This document shows positions 45,101 to 54,000 of a DNA stretch of 56,311 nt, in pieces. Within the stretch, counting starts at the first letter, position 1. Every line of letters starts with the position of its first letter. The position numbers and the translations under genes were made by a program. The stretch is from Candidatus Thalassarchaeaceae archaeon (GTDB taxonomy: Archaea > Thermoplasmatota > Poseidoniia > Poseidoniales > Thalassarchaeaceae). The DNA lies in contig JASLKH010000047.1 in NCBI GenBank assembly GCA_030747675.1, forward strand, positions 1-56,311, in the 5' to 3' direction. The notes under the pieces were generated by a model. The model searched no databases. It was not told where the DNA came from and saw only the letters and a program-made list of their open reading frames with translations.

Positions 45101-47963
45101 AGATTTCACAGTGCGCTATGAGGATTTAGAAGTCGCTCCGAATCCAAATAACTATCACATGTTACTTCAGAAGAGAAATCAGGATAACCTTTCAGAAGAG
45201 TGGCTTTTTGTCGACACTATTCCAGGTACAATTGATGGTAATTATTCATGGTCACCATCATTGCCGGTGTATGAAGCGGGTACAGAACACTACCGCCTGC
45301 TAATCGAGAACTATACTGACGGCGATACGAATTGCCCACCTGTAGGTGCGATAGTACCCGATTCTGACTGTGCAATCAGATTCTCAATTTCACTAGATCC
45401 TTTCTCACCACATTTAGTAAATATCTCAGTTGCTGTAACTGGACAGGAATGGAGAGAAATTACAGATGACACATGGATCCCTTCAAAGTCAGTCCAAAGA
45501 TTCCGAGTTTATGCACAAGATTTACCCCTTGCACCTGAATCTTTGACACTGAACTATTGGGTTGAAGCATCTCATGATGCCAATAATGACCGAGAGGCCC
45601 AGTTGGATGAATATCAACAGCAATCCATGCCACGTATTGATGCAGCCAATACCTCTGCTTATGAAGTCCAAATCAACGATTACGCAAACTTTGGAATTGA
45701 TCCACCCCAATTAGTGAGTTTGTTTGTATCTGGGACTGACGTTGGTGGTAACTCAATCGATGGTGGTAGTGACGGTTTAGCTCACGATTTGGTGACATAC
45801 ATTGGGATGGGAAGTCGCGCTCCACAAGCTGAACAGCTCCGAATCATGGATTCAAATGGTATTGAATTAAATTCACTCAACAAAGACATTTATGCCGGCA
45901 ACGTGTACCATTTGTTGATTGATGCGAATGATCCAAATGGATGGTTAGATATTGATTATTTCACGATTCAACTCAACCCGTTCATTTGTAGCCCAACATC
46001 TCCAGGATATGATTCACAGGGAACAATGGAAATATATTATTCACCAGTTAATGATACAGCCTGGGAAACAAATGGGAACACATGGGTTGAGATTATTGAT
46101 GATTATGATAATACTGGACTCAAGCCAACAATGTTGCGTAGAGATGGTGGTGTTCTAATTTCATCATTTGAGCAAGATTTCACCTTGGATATACCTGTTC
46201 GATTTGACTGGGCAATCCCAGAATCATTAGTTGCCACACCAACTCCAGTACAGACACCTGCCGTGAAAATTATGGATTTAGATCCAAATCGTGACACCCC
46301 TCCTTCTATGCAAGCGTCCAATTCACAACCGTGGGTGTATTCTAGTGGATTGTACTTGGATACAACTACCTTGAGTGTTGAGGATACTTCAGGATTTACG
46401 TCAACAGGAGTAGGTAGTCAAAATGGAGGTTTCGTGAACCGAGGAGATATTTTACATCTCACTGGTAGATATGTTTTCAGTGATAGTTTCCTAGATTTGT
46501 CTATGGTTACACCTGAGATTCCTATGACGTTAGAATTGACTAGTACACCAATATACCCAAATGGTGAAGTGGATAAACCAGGTAGTGGATATATCCCTGC
46601 TGCTGTTACGACATCAACCTATTTGATTGAGAATGGAACTTTTGATTTGTTAATTGCGGCTCCTATTCAGACAAATGAATTTACTTACACAATGACATTA
46701 ATCAACTTGCCAACTGGTGCAAATGATGAAACTCCAACACCTTCAAAATCATTTGTTGTAAAGGTTGATGGTGACGCACCAGAAGCCGTATTTGGCTCGT
46801 GGGAATTATCTAATTCACAGTCAGGACTTTCAATCGATGGCGACCTTTCATCTGCAGTGATGAACTGTGTTGATGTTGAATTATATATTGATGAATATCA
46901 AGGTTTAGACACGGACTCAGTTGAATTAAATTGGATGTTCTTCGAGCCTGTGGAAGTTGGTGGGTTTGAGTACAACTGGTCTGAATATGTCAATACATAT
47001 ACTGAAGATTGGGAAGTTGACGGTCTTAATCAATCCCTTGATCTCGATGATAATGCGAACACCGGCCGTATTCGTGCAACTTTCAATTGTCTAAATATTT
47101 GGCCAGATGGAGATATTCCAAGCGACATGGAGGATGTACTTGTCAAATTCTGGGTTACTGGTCATGATACGGCAGGAAATGCGATTGGAGGTGGAGGACA
47201 ATTTGGAGGTTCTGTTGATGGCGATAATGGCGTATATGGGTTAAAGTATGAAGCCGCTGAATTCACACTGTCTCGAGTATCATTATCAACATCATCACCT
47301 GAGGCAAAATCCGAACTTGATTTACTCATTGATATGACAAATGATGGCACTATGGAAGGAACCTTAGTTATTGAACTCGTGACATATATTAACGGTAAAG
47401 CTGATTCTCCTGTTGAGTATAGATGTCCACAAGCAGTTGCCCCTGGTGGCGAATATTTGTGGCGTCTAAGCATGCCACAATTCCCTGAACCTGCGACAAA
47501 TGTACGATATGTAATTTATGTCCCTGGAGAAGAAAGTCCAGTCCATGAGACAGACCCATTCAATGTAGGAGCCGAATCAACTAAAGAGAGTGAAGGAGCC
47601 ATGTTGTGGCTTGCTGTTGCCGCCATAGTTTGTTTATTAGTTGTTGCAGTGGTAATTGTTTTCATTGTTGTCAGTAGAGAAACTGAAGGTGATGAAGATG
47701 AGTATATTGATGATGAAGATTTCTTACCTCCTGGTGAGGCAGTAGAACCAATCCGAAGTCGTGGTCCTCCTGCAACTAGAGCAGAGGAACGGCGCGGACC
47801 TCCAGGTTCTCGCCGTGGCCCCCCACAGGCAGCAGCACCAGTGCGCAGTCAGATGGATATTGCTAAAGAAAAATTCCCATTCTGGGACGAGGCTACAATC
47901 CAGGGTTACTTTGACCAAGGTTGGAATATTGATCAATTAGAAGAATGGCTCGCGAGTCAGTAA
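42111..47963 (+). CDS. Giant secreted/membrane-anchored surface protein (1950 aa) with a C-terminal TM anchor and Pro/Arg-rich cytoplasmic tail
   Basis: The ATG at 42111 gives the signal peptide MGSRKRFLCIAMICMMLFSTTVVHAATIS. A long Thr/Ser/Asn/Asp-rich ectodomain follows, with one lectin/jelly-roll-like ending (NAGWYVDGVRVGDP). The TM is AMLWLAVAAIVCLLVVAVVIVFIVV. The tail has repeated RGPP and a terminal FPFWDEATIQGYFDQGWNIDQLEEWL. Confidence 0.75.
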   Translation: MGSRKRFLCIAMICMMLFSTTVVHAATISTFSSGNSEVTVELRDQGIWGDDLTAGIKLPAGETVNSAGLILGTDYAEQASVDVLDASVMDHIWNPAYNTGLTQYSANGDFTIDEDYIKMTSLGYNADFEGTDNTRGWTTGPDQGFMTNWGHGIETDIPAISAGCAVGDWCWGTDFDGADYTMFVPDSSRFEYTLTSESFYVTPGKSDLLFNSFHSLFFRSSGSSSSYYYDDCAYVAVMNSTNNQDWNTASYVPFDVSGSTGISPSNGMYVVGTAVNQVPSNQCDYLGSNGPQSGDYVLAGNGSTNANSANGGWSNLKASLGAHAGRYVKLLFVMEANQRNGALPAEMMNAGWYVDGVRVGDPLPAQGHVTMSSFAPQASAQPDFPDGYGLLQLDLEKPASAAFGVDILDAGSGNVVIDRHGNSLTNLQGSLIELWDINADTYPLIDLKFSFGSGPSRIATPILHGLSLGTRIGTTFNNTGSIDIMGGMIGDGKWTSSMTEESGVMISSSINDASFGSGIRRNVLSMPIVAIKPVISDACGGPNEITIMSLNSDQLPVSAVNGVWSDLSTPTFGFAMMSNYTTSNLCDVYSIHADLRFAHHSEGISLDVGADGDIDWAMNDPAFGHFGRQDMFRTGVIDGVNMGDGEKQLSLDISLNGEGAPFLLPKGSTVSYADVSFDQNSIGSFDVSIVSGNQEVNLGEMESSTEYSPAPFTALTSIQDDLQSLLDNPLVPTAVIDSYGNEWYLFRFKVDATQSSTATSGDSVNFRNLNIVYEWSRAFSGDNFARELNQGVALASTGGVTGDVIVPMQIVGGSGGAMKLHSLSVSTTSGYSSTLDIQGLEGMYPNGEIIEMISIHDVASATGQSLAGASLLFETSNGNLELQWSAANDTFWEQSDPGDYVNFMAAQSLSIDDTSGKELRWRFRVNPEWDDTASVRVYASTISDTGVNGLPSGALVEPASGNAVENDVSITDFHLLNQGGVEQNDLSNAFSSNAFTLDFTVRYEDLEVAPNPNNYHMLLQKRNQDNLSEEWLFVDTIPGTIDGNYSWSPSLPVYEAGTEHYRLLIENYTDGDTNCPPVGAIVPDSDCAIRFSISLDPFSPHLVNISVAVTGQEWREITDDTWIPSKSVQRFRVYAQDLPLAPESLTLNYWVEASHDANNDREAQLDEYQQQSMPRIDAANTSAYEVQINDYANFGIDPPQLVSLFVSGTDVGGNSIDGGSDGLAHDLVTYIGMGSRAPQAEQLRIMDSNGIELNSLNKDIYAGNVYHLLIDANDPNGWLDIDYFTIQLNPFICSPTSPGYDSQGTMEIYYSPVNDTAWETNGNTWVEIIDDYDNTGLKPTMLRRDGGVLISSFEQDFTLDIPVRFDWAIPESLVATPTPVQTPAVKIMDLDPNRDTPPSMQASNSQPWVYSSGLYLDTTTLSVEDTSGFTSTGVGSQNGGFVNRGDILHLTGRYVFSDSFLDLSMVTPEIPMTLELTSTPIYPNGEVDKPGSGYIPAAVTTSTYLIENGTFDLLIAAPIQTNEFTYTMTLINLPTGANDETPTPSKSFVVKVDGDAPEAVFGSWELSNSQSGLSIDGDLSSAVMNCVDVELYIDEYQGLDTDSVELNWMFFEPVEVGGFEYNWSEYVNTYTEDWEVDGLNQSLDLDDNANTGRIRATFNCLNIWPDGDIPSDMEDVLVKFWVTGHDTAGNAIGGGGQFGGSVDGDNGVYGLKYEAAEFTLSRVSLSTSSPEAKSELDLLIDMTNDGTMEGTLVIELVTYINGKADSPVEYRCPQAVAPGGEYLWRLSMPQFPEPATNVRYVIYVPGEESPVHETDPFNVGAESTKESEGAMLWLAVAAIVCLLVVAVVIVFIVVSRETEGDEDEYIDDEDFLPPGEAVEPIRSRGPPATRAEERRGPPGSRRGPPQAAAPVRSQMDIAKEKFPFWDEATIQGYFDQGWNIDQLEEWLASQ

Positions 47964-47979
47964 TCTACACGGTGATCAA

Positions 47980-48804
47980 ATGGTGAGTACGGGAATGCTC
48001 CCGTGGGATCCAATAAATTGGATTGATCCGAACGGCGGTTTAATTCGCCTTTGGCCAATAATCCCATCTGTTGTTCTACCAGAAAACCTACGACGTAGTA
48101 GTGGTGATTGGCACGGCCTCGCATTTTTACTTCCAGATGATGAACATGAAATTTGGTTGGAACAAATTATCGAAGAGAAAAAAAGTCCAGGGATTAATCG
48201 GGATGGAATTGCCGCTAGTGGGGGTATTTTGGGTAGAATGATGCAAGGCATGGCCACAATTGAGGAAATTCAAACAGGGAAATTCCCAGACCCCGAGCCA
48301 CGTCGGTTATTTCAGCAAGCAGAAAGTAAGGCGGGCAAGGGATCTCGTCCAGTTTATTTTGTGGAACCTGATGATGAAGAATGGACAACTTGGGTAGAGG
48401 AATGCGCTGACGAGATGTCCCGCCCAAGGCAACTTTTCAAATCTATTTTCAGCGGTAGATCTTGGCGTAAAGAACTTCTTCGTACAATGAAAGATGCATC
48501 TCCGCCTAAAGTGGTGAGGGATGATGTAAAAGCAACTGCTTTAGCAGAGGCTAGTAGTATTGCAGCAACATGGTGGAGACGAGCAGAGTCTACATTAAAT
48601 GAATCACTTCGTCAAAAACGCGATGAAAGATTGGCTTCAAGATTAAGAGGTGCATTAGTGAATCTGAGGGAGGGACAGATTGATGATAGTGAGACGCCCG
48701 TCCTACTAGTGCCAGTAATGCAGGCTTGGGTCTCATCGATTCACAATGCATTGGAATACGTTGAATCAGAAGCATTGGAAACCGGAGTTGATGAAAGTGA
48801 ATAA
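47980..48804 (+). CDS. Hypothetical acidic protein
   Basis: 274 aa with no recognisable motif. Its 3' end overlaps the next gene by 14 nt. Confidence 0.5.
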   Translation: MVSTGMLPWDPINWIDPNGGLIRLWPIIPSVVLPENLRRSSGDWHGLAFLLPDDEHEIWLEQIIEEKKSPGINRDGIAASGGILGRMMQGMATIEEIQTGKFPDPEPRRLFQQAESKAGKGSRPVYFVEPDDEEWTTWVEECADEMSRPRQLFKSIFSGRSWRKELLRTMKDASPPKVVRDDVKATALAEASSIAATWWRRAESTLNESLRQKRDERLASRLRGALVNLREGQIDDSETPVLLVPVMQAWVSSIHNALEYVESEALETGVDESE

Positions 48805-49312
48805 TACTCAAATTGAAAACCAATTATTTAGATTCACACCGCCAATGGAAATTGAACAACAGCGTATCATTGATGAAATTGGGGGTAAACGTACAGGTGC
48901 TTATGTCATAATTTCTCTTCGTTCTCCACGTGCCACACTCTTAATTGATCAAAGTGGTCGAATAATTGTGCATGGATGTAAAAAGCAAGATGTTGCACAC
49001 TTGGCTGCCAAGGAAGTACTCTTGCGAATGGGAGAAGATGATTCAGGTTTGACCTTTGAGTCTGGTCCAGTCATAGCCTCGTTTGATTTAGAAGCTACAG
49101 TTTCTTTAGAAAAGGTCCCAGACTTGTTCACTGAAGCGAGTTTCGACTCTAATCTTGACTGCATCAGAATCGACGATGATCAACATGAGGTTCAAATTTT
49201 GTTATTCAGAACGGGACGCGGAATTGCTACTGAAGCACGCCATGAAAAATTAGTCACAATGGCCGCTAGGCGTTGGAAACAAAGATTGTCTGATGAGAAC
49301 TTGCTGGGATGA
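48791..49312 (+). CDS. Divergent TBP-fold (TATA-binding-protein-like) two-repeat protein
   Basis: About 173 aa counted from the ATG at 48791. Two repeats follow the TBP pattern: PRATLLIDQSGRIIVHGCKKQDVAHLAAKEVLLRM and HEVQILLFRTGRGIATEARHEKLVTMAARRWKQRL. Compare TBP ...VALLIFSSGK.V.TGAKS......A......L. Each repeat is preceded by a beta-strand-like segment (IENQLFRF..., VIASFDLEATVSL). Confidence 0.5.
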   Translation: MKVNNTQIENQLFRFTPPMEIEQQRIIDEIGGKRTGAYVIISLRSPRATLLIDQSGRIIVHGCKKQDVAHLAAKEVLLRMGEDDSGLTFESGPVIASFDLEATVSLEKVPDLFTEASFDSNLDCIRIDDDQHEVQILLFRTGRGIATEARHEKLVTMAARRWKQRLSDENLLG

Positions 49313-49316
49313 TTGC

Positions 49317-50204
49317 ATGTCCCTCCAAGGTGATCAGTGGGTCGGACCGATATGGGATTCACATATCCATCTTGACCGCAATGGCCGTTGCATTGATGCG
49401 GCCCAAGACTTTGAGCGTTCAGGTGGTACACACATGTGTTTAGTGCATAAACCAGCTTTCCCTAATCGCTTACCTGAAAATATTCATTCAGTCGACGATG
49501 CATATCGTGAAACTTTACGAATTGCAGAATTGATTCGGGGTGAATGCAATCTTGACGTCAGAGTGATCTTGGGACCTCACCCAGTTGTATGGGAAAAACA
49601 AATTCATACACTTGGATTGGAGGATGCATGCGAACTTCATTTAGCCTCTGTCGAACTTGCACTGGAATATTGTGCTGAAGGTAAAGCCGTTGGCATTGGA
49701 GAAGTAGGTCGACCTCATTATCCCGTGGAGCAAGAAATCATGAAGGCCGCAGATTTACAACTTACTGAGATCATGCGAATGGCGGCCAAAGAAAACGTGC
49801 CAATCCAATTACATGTTGATGACAATGGTGCTCAAACAAATATGGAATTAGCGTTGTTATGTGATCGGGCAGGTTTAAGCCGAGAGCGAGCAATCCATCA
49901 TTATGCCCAAGCAGATGTGAGTGCGGATTTCACTCACGGTCTTTCAGCCTCGGTATCCATGGGTAAAGAGAGTGTACAGAAAATTGTTGAAACCTGTTTT
50001 TCTTCAAATTCTACATGGACGATGGAAACTGATTACATGGATGATTTGTCTAGGCCCGGGGCAGTCCTTGGTCCGAAGACGATTCCCAAGCGAACTCATG
50101 CATTGGTTCATGCCCTTCTACAGCATGTAGAACCCCATTCTGTTGAAGAATTATTGCTCAACATCCATCAGTTCTGGCCAAATTCACTTTACGGTAATTT
50201 TTGA
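49317..50204 (+). CDS. TatD-family metal-dependent hydrolase
   Basis: Motifs: WDSHIHLD, GIGEVGRPHYP and PIQLHVDD. The ATG at 49317 avoids overlap with the upstream gene; the tracked start is 49293. Confidence 0.75.
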   Translation: MSLQGDQWVGPIWDSHIHLDRNGRCIDAAQDFERSGGTHMCLVHKPAFPNRLPENIHSVDDAYRETLRIAELIRGECNLDVRVILGPHPVVWEKQIHTLGLEDACELHLASVELALEYCAEGKAVGIGEVGRPHYPVEQEIMKAADLQLTEIMRMAAKENVPIQLHVDDNGAQTNMELALLCDRAGLSRERAIHHYAQADVSADFTHGLSASVSMGKESVQKIVETCFSSNSTWTMETDYMDDLSRPGAVLGPKTIPKRTHALVHALLQHVEPHSVEELLLNIHQFWPNSLYGNF

Positions 50205-50216
50205 CCCGTAGGGTCA
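50202..50216 (+). other. Hairpin that includes the TatD stop codon (TGACCC-GTA-GGGTCA)
   Basis: A 6-bp stem with a 3-nt loop; the TGA stop forms the first 3 nt of the stem. Confidence 0.35.
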
Positions 50217-50285
50217 CTTTTAGGGGGCACTCTCAAAACCCTTCGTCATCGGCCTCTGTCAGCCCAGAGGGCAGGACGTGGTTTT

Positions 50286-51077
50286 ATGCTACAACTTGAA
50301 GGTAAGACTGCACTTATTTTTGGAGTCGCTTCCGAGGATTCGATTGCGTGGGCAATTTGCCAAAGATTAGCGGAGGCTGGATGCAGTTTAATTCTAGGAT
50401 ATCAAAAGAGATTCATGAGTCGAATATTCCAATTAAAGGATAAATTACCAGCTATTTCAGCATTTTATCCGATTGATGTTGCCGAAGAAGAAACTACCGC
50501 TGAATTTTTCCATGAATGGCAAAATGAAAATCCAGGTGCAAAAGCAGATATTATCATCCATGCAATTGGATTTGCACCCAAGGAATGCTTTGATCGTCAT
50601 ATGTTGTTTGTTGAAGATGCCCCAATTAATACAGCAATGACAATTTCAGCCCATTCACTTCAACGGGTAATGCGTAATGCATTACCACATTTGGCCCCCA
50701 ATTCTTCAACTATCACTCTGACATATGCGGCTAGTACGAGATACGTGCCAAATTACGGTATCATGAGTATTGCCAAAGCCGCACTTGAAGCTTGGGTTCG
50801 TGAATTATCAATGCGTGTTGGAGATGATGGGCATAGAGTCAATGCTATTTCTTCAGGACCCATTAGGACATTAGCTGCATCAGGAATTCCAGGATTCACA
50901 GATATTCTCAATCATGTTGAACGTAATTCTCCCTTGAAGCGAAATGTAAATCAAGATGATGTTGCAGGTTGTGCAGTTTGGCTTGCCAGCCCTCTCGGGG
51001 CTGGCGTAACTGGTCAAATCATACATGTGGATTGTGGATATTCAAGTACTATGGTACCAGATAGTATCAGTGATTGA
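50286..51077 (+). CDS. fabI: Enoyl-[acyl-carrier-protein] reductase, FabI-type SDR
   Basis: 263 aa. Motifs: GKTALIFGVASEDSIAWAI, Y-x6-K (YVPNYGIMSIAKAALEAWVR), NAISSGPIRTLAASGI and TGQIIHVDCGY. Confidence 0.85.
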   Translation: MLQLEGKTALIFGVASEDSIAWAICQRLAEAGCSLILGYQKRFMSRIFQLKDKLPAISAFYPIDVAEEETTAEFFHEWQNENPGAKADIIIHAIGFAPKECFDRHMLFVEDAPINTAMTISAHSLQRVMRNALPHLAPNSSTITLTYAASTRYVPNYGIMSIAKAALEAWVRELSMRVGDDGHRVNAISSGPIRTLAASGIPGFTDILNHVERNSPLKRNVNQDDVAGCAVWLASPLGAGVTGQIIHVDCGYSSTMVPDSISD

Positions 51078-51086
51078 GGTGAAGGG

Positions 51087-54000
51087 ATGGAAACGTTGGA
51101 CGAAAATCCGCAGGACCCCTTTGAACCAATTGCAATAATTGGCGTATCTGCCCTTTTCCCCGATTCACCAAACGTTGAAACTTTTTGGAAGAATATCCTT
51201 GACGGTAAAGTTTCACTGAAGGAGGTTCCCAGAGATAGATGGGTTGAGTCTGATTTTTGGGTAGAGGGTGGCCCTAAGAATATTGATGAAAACAAAACCT
51301 ATTCTAAAATTGGAGGATGGGTAGAGGGTTATGAATTTGATTGGAGACGATGGAGAGTCCCCCCTGGGAGTATTCTGCAGATTGATCCGACTCAACTGTG
51401 GGCAGTATCTGTAAGTGCAGCGGCATTAGAAGATGCAGGCTATTTGGTGGATGGCGGAAAGGAATTACCGAGCGCTAGAACTGGTGTGATTTTTGCAAAT
51501 GCCCTTGGGGGAGAGAATAGAAATTTGTCTAATCATCGAGTTTGGGCAGATCAGTTTGCTCGTCATGCAGTGGAAGTTGGAGGAATGCCTGAGTCCGGGA
51601 AAAAGGCATTCAAAGAAGCTCTCATGGAAGGGTTGCCTAAAGTTGATGAAGATACAATGCCCGGTGAACTTGCCAACGTAGTTGCAGGAAGAGTGGCAAA
51701 CCTCCTTGATTTGCAAGGACCAAACTATGCTACAGACGCTGCTTGTGCAACTACATTTTCAACAGTTTTAGATGCGTGTAGATTACTACACACACGGCAA
51801 GTCGATATGATGATTGCTGGAGCAAGTGATCGAACAATGGACCCTGCTACATTTGCCAAATTCAGTGCCATTGGAGCACTTTCGGCATCACATTCTATTC
51901 CATTTGATTCTAGAGCAAACGGTTTTGTCATGGGAGAAGGAGCAGGTGCAATCATACTGAAACGTTTGTCTGATGCATTGAGTGATGGCGACCAAGTTCA
52001 TGCAGTAATCCGCGGAGTTGGAGCCAGTAGTGACGGCCGCGGTAAAGGAATTACAGCACCAAGTACACGTGGGCAAATTCAGGCTGTTATGCGAGCATAT
52101 CAACAAGCGGGTTACGGGCCAGAATCAGTTGAATTAATTGAGGCACATGGCACTAGTACTGTGGTTGGCGATGCTACTGAGTTGAGTTCCTTATCATCAG
52201 TATTTTCCTCAAAATCACCAGGGGAAAGTGTGGCAGTAGGTTCAATAAAAAGTCAAATTGGCCATCTAAAATCCGCTGCTGGAATGGCTGGTTTATTGAA
52301 AGCAATTATTGCAGTTCGTGAGGGGATAATCCCGCCTAGTGCAGGTTTTGAAAAGCCTAATCAGAATATTTCTTGGGACGAAAACCCATTTTTCATCCCA
52401 ACTTCTCCAAAATCATGGGATTCTCGGAATAATCCACGTAGAGCAGGAATCTCTGCATTTGGGTTCGGTGGAACTAATTTCCATTGCGCAATAGAAGAGT
52501 TTGATTTGAGTTATCATTCAGTTATTGCTGCTGAATTTGATGCACGTCGAGCAGCGTGGCTTAATCCAAGCTCTGTAAATTCTAGCCCTAGCGAGGAAAT
52601 CGGTAATAGAGGTATGAATTGGGATGAATTAAAATCAGTAGAGGGCGGAGTTCTACTACTAAATGCAGAGGGCATAGACGAATTAAAGAATCAAATTACA
52701 CCACTCAAGGTGGGATTACAATCAGGTGTAAATTTTGATAATTCCCCACAAGGAAAACGACTTTCAATTGAACTTCCGAAACTAAGTTCAAATTATACAG
52801 CGGAAGGACTCCGTGTCGCGATTGTCGCCAGTGATTGGGATCAACTATTCAAACGAATTGAATTGTTGGAGAAATCAATTGATGATCGCAAAAAATGGGA
52901 TTTCCTTTCAAAACAAATGGTAATGATTACTGATGCTCCAGTACTTGAAAATGATGCCAAGGTGGCCCAACTGTTCCCTGGACAAGGGAGTCAATATGTG
53001 GGGATGACATATGATTTATCCAAGAGATATACTTGTGTCGGAAATACTTGGGATGAAGCAGACTTGACAATGACCTCAGTTCTGGATGGTGAAACCTTAT
53101 CCTCGTTCGTACTTCGTAGTAATCTTACAGATTCTCAAAAGAAAGAAGCTGAGTACAAACTCAAACAAACAGAATATACACAACCAGCGATGTTAACTGC
53201 AGATTTGGCGATTTACCGTCTTCTCAAGGCGCATGGATTGGAACCAGATATGGTTGCAGGGCATTCATTAGGAGAATATGCCGCATTGATGGTTGCAGGA
53301 ATACTTGATTTTGATGGGGCACTTCGAGCGGTCGCAGCACGTGGTACTGAAATGGGCAATGTTGACGTCCCAGATTGTGGAATTATGGCATCAGTAACTG
53401 CACCTTATGAATTAATTCAATCTGCATTGGATGACGAAGATGGTTATGTAATTGCAGCGAATAAGAATAGTCCAAAGATGACTGTAATTGCTGGAGAAAC
53501 TGAACCTATGAAGAGGGTGATGAATAAATTTGCAGAGGCAGGAGTCCCCTGCGTTCAATTGCAAACAAGCCACGCTTTCCACTCAAAGATAGTGGCTCCT
53601 GCGAACGAGCCTCTTCGAAACTTTTTGAATAGTTTAGATCTATCTTTACCAGTAATACCAATATCCTCTAACCTCGACGGGGGCTGGTATCCAAATTCTC
53701 TACCTAAAGGTAGTACTGCGAATCAAGAAATATTATCAAAATTGGCTCCACAAATGGCTTCTGCAGTTGAGTGGACAAAACAGATCGAAACTATGTATGA
53801 AGGGGGCGCCCGTTTATTTGTAGAAGTTGGTCCAAAGCGTGCATTAGCACTTTTCACAGAGCAAATCCTTGAAGGGAAAGAATTGGTTGTGACGAATACA
53901 AATCATCCAAAAGTAGGGGGTATCGCATCATTCCATGCAGCACTTGCGATACATGCGCTTGCAGGGCGGGTTCCAAATTTCTTGGAGCCCGACGATACCC

